From contig JACPVB010000004.1 in assembly GCA_016191985.1 (NCBI GenBank), positions 1 through 50,633 of the forward strand: 50,633 bases of DNA. The letters run 5' to 3'. Origin of the DNA: Chloroflexota bacterium (GTDB taxonomy: Bacteria; Chloroflexota; Anaerolineae; Anaerolineales; Villigracilaceae). The notes below the pieces were generated by a model. The model was given only the letters and a program-made list of their open reading frames with translations, did no database searches and was not told the DNA's origin. Shown here piece by piece: positions 8,925-16,827 of the stretch (position 1 is the stretch's first letter; each line of letters opens with the position of its first letter). Position numbers and translations under genes: made by a program.

Positions 8925-9749
8925 TTACTCTAAATTTTCAAACTCCCTGAGTTTTATCAACACCGCTTCCAAAACACCGCCGCCCACCGAAAGCGCCTTG
9001 TCTGAAATGAGTTTGCACAAGGCCGGGTCGTTGCGCGAATCCACATCACCGATCTTCATGCCTTCGGTGATTTCCACGCGCGGGTGAATGAGTCCGCGCA
9101 GGATGCCGTTGAAGGGACTGACAATTTTCGATTTACGATTTTCGATGGACGATTTGATTTCAGCGATAAGTTGGCCTTCTTTTACATGATTGCCAATATC
9201 AACAAACGGAATCAACGCGCCAGACTCTGGTGCGCGCAGCACACGGCGCAGATCGCCATCCGGTTGGCGGGTGTCGGGTTGGGTTTCTCCGTCCCACAGC
9301 ACCCTGCCGAGGGTGTGGCTGCGGCGGGTTTCTATCACAGCGTGGCAATTCTCTCCTGCGCGGAACCCAGGCCCAAGTCCGATATGAAGCGGGATGTCCG
9401 CACTTAACGCGTCCGGTTCAGACTTCAACAATCTTGCATCCACGAGAAACGTGTTGCGCGGGCTTGTCAGAAATTGATTGCGAAGGATGTTGGCATTCGG
9501 ATCGATCAGGACTGGAATTTCACCCGCCTCCAACGCGACCTGAAACTGGTCTGCCGAAACAAGCCTTGAGGTGACACCCTCGACCATTTGCACGCCCTCA
9601 TAGACCGCCTCTGAAAAGCAAACGGTGCGGCGGACCGCGAGCGGTTTATCCAGCTCGAGGATCGCCACTTGAAAGCCGACGCGATGCAGGCGCAAAGCCA
9701 CGCCGCTTGCAAGGTCGCCGCCGCCGCGAATTAAGATGAGAGGCTTCAT
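8925..9749 (-). CDS. yqeB: Selenium-dependent molybdenum cofactor biosynthesis protein YqeB
   Basis: IRGGGDLASGVA, PLAVRRTVCFSEAV, IGLGPGF, IETRRSHTLGR, KIGDVDSR and ISDKALSVGGGVLEA motifs. Confidence 0.92.
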   Translation of the reverse strand: MKPLILIRGGGDLASGVALRLHRVGFQVAILELDKPLAVRRTVCFSEAVYEGVQMVEGVTSRLVSADQFQVALEAGEIPVLIDPNANILRNQFLTSPRNTFLVDARLLKSEPDALSADIPLHIGLGPGFRAGENCHAVIETRRSHTLGRVLWDGETQPDTRQPDGDLRRVLRAPESGALIPFVDIGNHVKEGQLIAEIKSSIENRKSKIVSPFNGILRGLIHPRVEITEGMKIGDVDSRNDPALCKLISDKALSVGGGVLEAVLIKLREFENLE

Positions 9750-10459
9750 GAAATTTCTTTTGGAACCTGGTGCATTTGTTCCTGAAACAACAGGCCAAAG
9801 GCATACAGGGTGATGTAGATGAAAATGAAGAAGGCCGAGAAAACGCTGATGAACACGATGGATTGCAGACTCGGGTGGGTTGCATAATACAGGAAATCGG
9901 TTAATCGCTCAAGCGGGTGAAGGATGACATCCCACGAATTCCAGCGCAGGAAGCGGCCAATGTAAATGCCAAGTCCGCTGAGCGTGCTGACCGTGAGCAC
10001 GAAAACCCAGCCTGCCACGCGCCCGAATGCGCGCCGCACAATGTCGTGCATCATAAAAAGGGAGAACACGCCGAGCAGGATGCCCGTCCATGCAAACCAG
10101 TTGATCAGCAGCATGTCGAACCAGACGGGGATGGTTGGGCGCGGATGGCTGAGGTGCTGCAAGTCTGTCAAGATGTAGGGGGCATTCGGAAAGAACACCA
10201 GCCAGAGGATGGCCGCCAGCGGCATGGCGACGAAGAGATACCTGCGCTTCTTTGCGAAGCTCGAAGCTGCATACGCCATCCCAAGCGGAATCCACGCGAG
10301 GAAAAGGTTCCAGACCAGGAAGGTGTAATCCTCTGAGCCGCTCAAAATGGTGCGGATGCGGAACAACGCCACCGATAGCAGGCTCGAGCCGCACAGCAAG
10401 CCAAAGACGGTCAGCCGAAACTTGAACGGTTGCAGTTTGGTGTACATACTTTGAATCAT
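9746..10459 (-). CDS. DUF1361-family membrane protein (paralogue 1)
   Basis: WNLFLAWIP, FFPNAPYILTDLQH and GIYIGRFLRWNSWD; GGAGG RBS before ATG 10459. Confidence 0.88.
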   Translation of the reverse strand: MIQSMYTKLQPFKFRLTVFGLLCGSSLLSVALFRIRTILSGSEDYTFLVWNLFLAWIPLGMAYAASSFAKKRRYLFVAMPLAAILWLVFFPNAPYILTDLQHLSHPRPTIPVWFDMLLINWFAWTGILLGVFSLFMMHDIVRRAFGRVAGWVFVLTVSTLSGLGIYIGRFLRWNSWDVILHPLERLTDFLYYATHPSLQSIVFISVFSAFFIFIYITLYAFGLLFQEQMHQVPKEIS

Positions 10460-10580
10460 ACCGACCTCCAATTTTTTCACCGATTGTAGCGGTTTCCGCT
10501 TACAATGACTTGCAAAGACTCGCAGTTATTAGTAACTCATAATTTCTATGTGCTCTAACATTTTGAAGATCAACAATTAA

Positions 10581-10773
10581 ACCTCACCTTACGCAGAAAA
10601 GCTTTATGACCCCGTAGGGGTCATATGATTATAGATTGTACGATACGGCATATTCAACCCTGAAAGGGTGTCATGGCTCGTAAAATCCATGTCATCCCTT
10701 CGGGATTTGGATTCCGTTCATCCAAATTTCTATAATCCTGACATCCCTTCGGGATTGAACTGCGTAAGTGAGT
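10581..10773. mobile_element. MITE-like element, copy 3: same ends, different internal REP array
   Basis: Ends CTCACCTTACGCAG ... CTGCGTAAGTGAGT enclose four small hairpins (ATGACCCCGTAGGGGTCAT, AACCCTGAAAGGGTGTCAT, ATGTCATCCCTTCGGGATT, CTGACATCCCTTCGGGATT). Confidence 0.7.
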
Positions 10774-10917
10774 GCCATTCGCAAGATGAATCTCCTGGCT
10801 CTTCCCACTACATCGTCCCCAGCGCGAAACGAATGGGAGGGCAAATGTGCGGTACTTCATTGTCAGATTAATTTGAAAAGTTCAAAACCTTGCGGCACTA
10901 TTGCATCTGAATGCAGG

Positions 10918-11634
10918 TTATTCAGGAGTGTTTTGTGCTTTGATGGTCTGTTCCTGCAACATGTGGCTGAACGAATACATCAGCACAAATACGAATAGGA
11001 AGAAGAATGTGTACAGGACGGTAAACGCGGCGAGACGCATACTGGGGTCGATGACGATGCCGAGGATTTCCATGGTTGTCTCGGCGGGGTTTTGCAGAAT
11101 GTCCCACGAGTTCAGGCGCACGAAACGCCCAATGTAGATGCCGAAACTGCTCAAGCCAGAGATCACCAGCACGAAGATCCAACCTGTCCAACGACCGAAT
11201 GTGCGGATGATGATATCCTGCATCAGGTAGAGCGAGATCACGCCAAGCAATGTGCCTGTCCACGAACTCCAGACCACGATCAGCACATCATACCAAAGCG
11301 GAGCATCCACCCCACCGGAACGCGCAAGGTCTTGCAAGTCGGTGAGCATGTACGGCGCGTTGGGGAAGAAGAGCAGCCAGAGCAACGCAATAAATGGAAT
11401 CACGAGATACAGCCAGATACGTTTCCATGAGACGGCGTGCGCAATGAACGCCAGGATGAACGGGATCCACGCGAGGAAGAGGTTCCAAATCAAGCCCGTG
11501 TGCCGCCTTGAGTCGGTGTATGCCACCCGTGCCGCCACCAGCAAAATGCAAACCAGACAGGCCAAATTGAGCAACACAAAAACAGCGATGCTGTGCCTGT
11601 TGGGGTAGATGAAATTCTTGATTTTGTTGTACAT
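10918..11634 (-). CDS. DUF1361-family membrane protein (paralogue 2)
   Basis: WNLFLAWIPF, FFPNAPYMLTDL and GIYIGRFVRLNSWD. Confidence 0.88.
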   Translation of the reverse strand: MYNKIKNFIYPNRHSIAVFVLLNLACLVCILLVAARVAYTDSRRHTGLIWNLFLAWIPFILAFIAHAVSWKRIWLYLVIPFIALLWLLFFPNAPYMLTDLQDLARSGGVDAPLWYDVLIVVWSSWTGTLLGVISLYLMQDIIIRTFGRWTGWIFVLVISGLSSFGIYIGRFVRLNSWDILQNPAETTMEILGIVIDPSMRLAAFTVLYTFFFLFVFVLMYSFSHMLQEQTIKAQNTPE

Positions 11635-12128
11635 TACGAATGCTCACGCAGGTATACGATCAAATCGATGTCGCCGGGGGAGTGTCCAAGTTCTGTAAGA
11701 ATGGCGGCTGCTTCACTGCGATGTTGTGTCCCGTGATTGACAACGTGCGCCATCACTTGCCAGAGAACATTCTCGCGTGGATCGCCCTTGGTAGTTTTAT
11801 ATTGGAAAACCGAATTTAGTTTTTCATCCGTCACGGATGCGGCGAACTCGTTCAACGCTTTTTCCTCCTCCCCCCAGCGTGCGCGTAGCGAATCGAAAGT
11901 TGGAAAATCCTCGGGGCTGATCCATTGCGTTGGGGAATCGCCTTCCCAGCGCTTGCGCCAGAGCCACTCGGCGAAGAGGGTGTGAGTCAACGTGTGCCGC
12001 AAATCCTTGTGTGGATGCGCTGCCGCTGCAACAAATTGCTCCTGCGTCACATTTGAGGCCGCGTTCAAAATACGGGCGTTTGCCCACGAGTTGTACTTGT
12101 AAAGAATCTGAATGTCTTTTGTATTCAT
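11634..12128 (-). CDS. DinB family protein
   Basis: YNSWANARIL, TLTHTLFAEWLW and HVVNHGTQHRSE metal-binding His pattern. Confidence 0.9.
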   Translation of the reverse strand: MNTKDIQILYKYNSWANARILNAASNVTQEQFVAAAAHPHKDLRHTLTHTLFAEWLWRKRWEGDSPTQWISPEDFPTFDSLRARWGEEEKALNEFAASVTDEKLNSVFQYKTTKGDPRENVLWQVMAHVVNHGTQHRSEAAAILTELGHSPGDIDLIVYLREHS

Positions 12129-13000
12129 CTTGTTATGAACTCCAATAGGATCGGGTTGAAGAATTCTGGCTTTTCATAATGCGGGAGGTGACCGCAATTT
12201 TCGACGGCGTGGAATTCGGCATGGGGCAAAGCCTGCAAAACCAGAGTGTGATCTTCAAACGGTGTGGTGTTATCGTTCATTCCCCAGAAGACCAGCGTGG
12301 GCTTTTTTAGCGCACCAAGTTTTTTATACGTATCGAGGAACGACCCCAACATCCCGTTCCGCATGGTCGAAAGGATGGCGCGTTTGAAGCCTTTGAAATC
12401 CATTTGGATTTTGTACTTCGCCTGAAATTGCTCAACCAACTGCGGATCGAAAAAATCGGAGGCGATACTCTTGACCATGCTCGCGCTTCCAAACAGACCG
12501 AGGAGCAGTTCACCGACGATGGGCAGTTTCACCACCTTTAGCATGGGCGAGATGCTGATATTCCTCGCGCCTGCTGGGTCGATCAGGATGTGGCTGGAAA
12601 CGTAATCAGGATATTCTGCCGTAAACGAAGCTGTGATCGGCCCGCCCATCGAAAGACCAATCAGGTGAACGGGCTTGAGATTCAATGCGTCCAGCAGATT
12701 TTTTAGCTGGCGCACGAACAGATGGATATCGTAGTTCAGCCTTGGGCGGTCGGAGAGACCACGCCCGAAGAGATCATACCGCAGAACGCGAAACCCCGAC
12801 TTGCATAGAAATTCAAAGGTGGTATCGAAAATAAAATACGGGACGGAAAATCCATGCACCAGCACCACAAGCGCGCCGTTCTCATCCTCGCCGAGTTCGT
12901 AATGGGTCACACCATCGTCAAGCGCAATGAACGAACCATCCATACCCATGCGGGTGGATTCGTTTAATTCGAGTGTTTCGTCTAAGAAGGGGAAGGGCAT
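12125..13000 (-). CDS. Alpha/beta fold hydrolase
   Basis: LVHGFS, DLFGRGLS, GLSMGG nucleophile elbow and CGHLPHYE. Confidence 0.92.
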   Translation of the reverse strand: MPFPFLDETLELNESTRMGMDGSFIALDDGVTHYELGEDENGALVVLVHGFSVPYFIFDTTFEFLCKSGFRVLRYDLFGRGLSDRPRLNYDIHLFVRQLKNLLDALNLKPVHLIGLSMGGPITASFTAEYPDYVSSHILIDPAGARNISISPMLKVVKLPIVGELLLGLFGSASMVKSIASDFFDPQLVEQFQAKYKIQMDFKGFKRAILSTMRNGMLGSFLDTYKKLGALKKPTLVFWGMNDNTTPFEDHTLVLQALPHAEFHAVENCGHLPHYEKPEFFNPILLEFITR

Positions 13001-13009
13001 AGTGGCTCG

Positions 13010-13897
13010 CTACTTTACAGCCCAGAGATATGCAAGCGCTGAATAAATCATTCCACGCTTGGCTTCAACGAGAGGGCGTACATGTCCGATAAATGCCTGC
13101 TGCTCTGCAGACGTCAACACTTCCTGCATGGCCTCTTCCAGAGTTGGGACTTTGGGGTTAGGCGCTGCTCGTAAAAATCTATCCCAATCGGCTAATTGAT
13201 TTGGCTTGATCTCAACATCCAATTCAAGGTGGATTTCTTTAAATCCTGCCCTCTCTGCGAAAGTGAGTAAATCACGCTCGTCGAAGTCGAGCATGGGGTC
13301 ACTAATGGGATTCTGAATCTTCTCATAAACAGTCCTGATTTTCCTGGTTATCTCAACAACGGGCGTCACATCATATCCCGCAAAACTGTTTTCTGGCCCA
13401 GGATGGCGGAACTTGTTTATGGGTTCGAATATCGAGAGTCTCCCCGTTTCTTTGAGAACACGATGGAATTCGTTAAAGGCTTTGAACTTATTTTCCACAT
13501 AAATCAGCACTGAACGCGTTGTCACAATATCCACAGATTTATCTGCAATTGCGGAGAGGTCGTCTGCAGAGGTACGGATAAATTGGCTGCGGTGAGTCAT
13601 ATCCGATTCCTGCGCGATATGCTGGACATGATCGAGTAAATCCTGTGAAATATCGCTAAAAACAACTTTCACTGAATTTGATTTCTCGAATGCTCCGAAG
13701 GCGATTAATCCATCCCCGCAGCCCACATCCAGCAACGTTTCATTTTCTCCCAGATTGGCATTATGAAGAACTTTATCGCGCACCGGATAAAGAAAATTCA
13801 TTGCAGCTTTCATATGTTCGGCGTCACCGCCGAAACGTCGCTTCAATAACCATTCACTCCAAATATCTCGTTGTGCTTCGGGCATATTTTTCCTCAC
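13010..13897 (-). CDS. Class I SAM-dependent methyltransferase
   Basis: LLDVGCGDG motif I; SVDIVTTRSVL; EFHRVLKETG. The start could be ATG 13885. Confidence 0.9.
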   Translation of the reverse strand: MRKNMPEAQRDIWSEWLLKRRFGGDAEHMKAAMNFLYPVRDKVLHNANLGENETLLDVGCGDGLIAFGAFEKSNSVKVVFSDISQDLLDHVQHIAQESDMTHRSQFIRTSADDLSAIADKSVDIVTTRSVLIYVENKFKAFNEFHRVLKETGRLSIFEPINKFRHPGPENSFAGYDVTPVVEITRKIRTVYEKIQNPISDPMLDFDERDLLTFAERAGFKEIHLELDVEIKPNQLADWDRFLRAAPNPKVPTLEEAMQEVLTSAEQQAFIGHVRPLVEAKRGMIYSALAYLWAVK

Positions 13898-13903
13898 TGT
13901 AAT

Positions 13904-13969
13904 TTAAGTGGCTTCGTTGCGGGTGGATTCGTTCAATTCCTGGATTTCGTCTAAATGTGGGAAAGGCAT
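13904..13969 (-). pseudogene. Duplicated 5' end of the alpha/beta hydrolase gene (21-codon mini-ORF)
   Basis: Encodes MPFPHLDEIQELNESTRNEAT*, against the hydrolase N-terminus MPFPFLDETLELNESTR (14 of 17 identical). DNA 13919-13969 repeats 12950-13000. Confidence 0.8.
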
Positions 13970-14020
13970 ATTCAGTGATAGATTATATCGCGCGGGATCA
14001 TGTTAGGGAGTGTTTGCAGA

Positions 14021-14080
14021 GTAGGGACATAGCGAGCAGGTTTATGATTTTGACGATGGTTCGTCTCGCTGTGTCCCTAC
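14021..14080. repeat. GTAG-type REP-like palindrome
   Basis: GTAGGGACATAGCGAG ... CTCGCTGTGTCCCTAC; a related copy lies at 20873-20901. Confidence 0.65.
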
Positions 14081-14137
14081 GGTTAATCAAGACAATGGAA
14101 TGTTTTCAGACAGTTTCCAGAGAATCATAATTGTTAT

Positions 14138-14295
14138 TAACTCACCTTGCGCGCGGATGAATTCCTCACCGAAAAGTTTAACGCCAAGCCACAAAGACGC
14201 GAAGTTTTGTTTCGCTTTGCGCCTTCGCGCTTTTGCGTTAAATGCCCTGGAGATAGGAATCAGCCCTACGAGTGTGGGCTGCGTGAGGTGAGTTA
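14138..14295. mobile_element. MITE-like element, copy 2 (inverted relative to copy 1)
   Basis: TAACTCACCTTGCGC ... GCGTGAGGTGAGTTA. The reverse complement aligns with 754-908, and the element is flanked by TATTA on both sides. Confidence 0.75.
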
Positions 14296-14307
14296 TTAAG
14301 GCCATGT

Positions 14308-14715
14308 TCAATCCGCCTGTGGACTGTTCGGCCCGATGAGGTCCCACAAATTCCCGTACAGGTCCTCGAACACCGCCACTGTTCCATACGGAGCGGTTTT
14401 CGGCTCACGGATGAACTTGATGCCCAATGAGACCATCTCGTTGTAATCCCGCCAGAAGTCATCGGTGTGGAGAAACAGGAAGACCCGCCCTCCGGTCTGC
14501 CGGCCGATGAAGGTCTCCTGTTCAGGAGTCGCAGCGCGGGCTAATAGGAGCGTCGTCCCCGTTGACCCGGGCGGAGCGACCACGACCCAGCGCTTGTCCT
14601 GCTCGGGCTGGTATGTGTCTTCGACCAGGGTGAAATGCAGTTTGTGACAGTAGAAGTCGATGGCTTCGTCATAGTCACGGACGACTAAGGCGATGTGGAT
14701 GATGGATTGTTTCAT
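14308..14715 (-). CDS. VOC (glyoxalase/bleomycin resistance) family protein
   Basis: IHIALVVRDYDEAIDFY ... YGTVAVFEDLYGNLWDLI. Confidence 0.92.
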   Translation of the reverse strand: MKQSIIHIALVVRDYDEAIDFYCHKLHFTLVEDTYQPEQDKRWVVVAPPGSTGTTLLLARAATPEQETFIGRQTGGRVFLFLHTDDFWRDYNEMVSLGIKFIREPKTAPYGTVAVFEDLYGNLWDLIGPNSPQAD

Positions 14716-14752
14716 GATCGTGTGCGAACCTTTTGCTTGAAGACTCTGGCAA

Positions 14753-14780
14753 TGTCATGCTGAGCGTAGCGAGGCATCTC
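14753..14780. repeat. Small dispersed REP-like repeat (GTCATGCTGAGC...GCATCT type)
   Basis: TGTCATGCTGAGCGTAGCGAGGCATCTC; a single copy in the window, recognised by pattern only. Confidence 0.4.
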
Positions 14781-14837
14781 TACGACTATCGCAGAAAACC
14801 CTCACTGCATTGGGCGCCCGGGTAACATGCCGGGTGC

Positions 14838-15320
14838 TCATTTGCCTTTCAAATTTTCAGCTTGTATGACGCTTAGTGTTTTATAAAATTCATCAACTAA
14901 AGATTTCTCATAAACAAACGGGGTAAACGTAATTATTTCTCCCCTCGTTGAGCACAGCTTGTGGACGCCAAAAGATTTCTGGTATGAACTTTTCTTCAGC
15001 AAACTGGTTTTTGCCAAATCTCTTAATGGAATTTTTTGCCTTCGGCTAAAAGGACTTGTTCTTGACCCAATAATTTTGCCTTCGGCTATTTCTATCACTA
15101 AACTTTTATTGAACCATTCTAAAAGAGATAGTAGTATTTGTGCTGTCAAAATCCCAAATAAAGGAGATAGAAAATACGTCAAGAATGTTTTTGCCAATGA
15201 ACGTGCTGGCGTTGCGGCGCTAATTAAGACCGTAATTCCGATGATAATTAACATCGGAAAAACTCTCCAGATCAGCAATCGCCAATAAGTCGGCTTGAGG
15301 ATAATTGATAAGTTTTCCAT
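14838..15320 (-). CDS. Hypothetical membrane protein (2 TM helices plus a soluble domain)
   Basis: AT-rich 160-aa ORF with two hydrophobic segments. Confidence 0.65.
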   Translation of the reverse strand: MENLSIILKPTYWRLLIWRVFPMLIIIGITVLISAATPARSLAKTFLTYFLSPLFGILTAQILLSLLEWFNKSLVIEIAEGKIIGSRTSPFSRRQKIPLRDLAKTSLLKKSSYQKSFGVHKLCSTRGEIITFTPFVYEKSLVDEFYKTLSVIQAENLKGK

Positions 15321-15377
15321 GAAGATAAGGTTACTCCGTTGACTACCAGATAATTTGCATTAGGAGCGTGTGGCGTT

Positions 15378-15454
15378 GAAAATGTCTGGAGCAGGAAAAC
15401 TGCCTGAAAACGCGCAGACTCCCAACAGCCGGGTGTCCGCTGTGCTAGGCAGCG
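15378..15454 (-). other. Possible truncated attC-like site (left half) after an AT-rich gene
   Basis: GCCTAGC (RYYYAAC with one mismatch) lies 8 nt after the stop and is followed by ACAGCGGACACCCGGCTGTTGGGAGTCTGCGCG. No matching GTTRRRY right arm. Confidence 0.3.
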
Positions 15455-15458
15455 TAGT

Positions 15459-16763
15459 TCATAACCAAATATTTGTTTCGTCCTTATAGCCGATGTAAAG
15501 TCTTGTAGTTCTATCTTCGGAGATGTTCCAATCTTTCATTAGTGCCAATATTGATTTATATGTGTGTGCCATCGTTTCTTCATGCATAAGTTCAAGAAAT
15601 ACTCTTCCCCAATTATCAGGACTAATTCTGGTGAAATCAGTGGCGTTTCGAATAACAAACCACGAAAAACGGCTATGTTTCTGGATCTCTCTTTTCTTGT
15701 TGATTGGGGCTGACAGATAATTTTCGACTTCTTCCTGCCTTAGCTGAGGAAGTTCAAGTGCGAGATCATGTTGTGCAAATAAGTCAACAAGCGCATCAAA
15801 GTTGATGGTCGCCACAAGTTGCACAGTGCCAGTAATTAAATCGAAACAAGTCTGGTCATCGAAAGGAAATATGCCATATGGTGCGATTCTTGTTGCTGTT
15901 GTTTCAAACAAGCCTTCATCGAGGTTTCCTTGAGAGAGTCTATGTTCTATGTTTTCAAAAGGTCTCTCCTTGGGGAAATGTGCATTGGGATGTTCCATGC
16001 CTACCGCCTCAATAGCAAAACAATCGTTGACGATTGTTTTGTAGTAACCGTCTTGCCTTGCACGCTTTATTACCTCTGCGGTAACAAGATGATGTGTTTG
16101 AATGGGAATATCTAATCTAATCAAGAAATCTTGAGTTTTGTCTTTACTAATGCGAATGCCTGTGCTTAGGAATTCCCATAAGCTGTTGAGATACTTTTTC
16201 TGGCGGCTCGCACGCCTGTTTTGACTGCTACCTTCACCTGATTTATTTTCTTTAATCCTTATAATGTGGTGTTTTTCTGGGTCGATCACTGTTAAATCGC
16301 CGTGTCGCAAGGTAGTCGTCAGATCATTTACAATTACAATCGCACCTTCGTTTTGCGCGATTTGTTGGGCTTCTTCAAAATCTTTGAAAACGGTATTATC
16401 CAAAAAACCGGTCTTGGAGTGTTCGGCTAGTAATTGGATTAGGACCCTGTCATATCCTAAGCTCCGCCACACGATTGAGTCGGCAATCCGTTGAAGTATC
16501 AAGATCAGACGCCTTACCACGGCAATACCCAATTGGTCGCCTGTACTTTTGAATTCACGTTGTTTCTGTTGCCAGTTCATCAAAAGCTCGGCAAGAACTG
16601 CCTGGATCGCAAGTAGAGAATTGGGATCACCATTAGCTTGACGGCTAGCATGAAACAACTCAAATAGGTTAGCTGTTCTCTCCTGATAAGCGGGAGAAGC
16701 CATAACCTCAGCTCTTAAATCTTGTGTGGTGGAAATTACCATAGCAGTATTTTTCTTTGACAC
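15459..16763 (-). CDS. Hypothetical protein with a possible PD-(D/E)XK nuclease-like motif
   Basis: AT-rich 434-aa ORF containing RHGDLTVID...IKENKSG. Confidence 0.7.
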   Translation of the reverse strand: MSKKNTAMVISTTQDLRAEVMASPAYQERTANLFELFHASRQANGDPNSLLAIQAVLAELLMNWQQKQREFKSTGDQLGIAVVRRLILILQRIADSIVWRSLGYDRVLIQLLAEHSKTGFLDNTVFKDFEEAQQIAQNEGAIVIVNDLTTTLRHGDLTVIDPEKHHIIRIKENKSGEGSSQNRRASRQKKYLNSLWEFLSTGIRISKDKTQDFLIRLDIPIQTHHLVTAEVIKRARQDGYYKTIVNDCFAIEAVGMEHPNAHFPKERPFENIEHRLSQGNLDEGLFETTATRIAPYGIFPFDDQTCFDLITGTVQLVATINFDALVDLFAQHDLALELPQLRQEEVENYLSAPINKKREIQKHSRFSWFVIRNATDFTRISPDNWGRVFLELMHEETMAHTYKSILALMKDWNISEDRTTRLYIGYKDETNIWL

Positions 16764-16827
16764 TTACTTCTACTTAGCCGCCTTGCTGTGGTTTATACAA
16801 ATACTCTTGTATAAACTCTTTTGGATT

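Noticed and set aside
10606-10757. Four hairpin repeats read as a mini-CRISPR
   Set aside because: The units are degenerate, occur in both orientations and are enclosed by terminal inverted repeats, which fits a REP cluster in a MITE.
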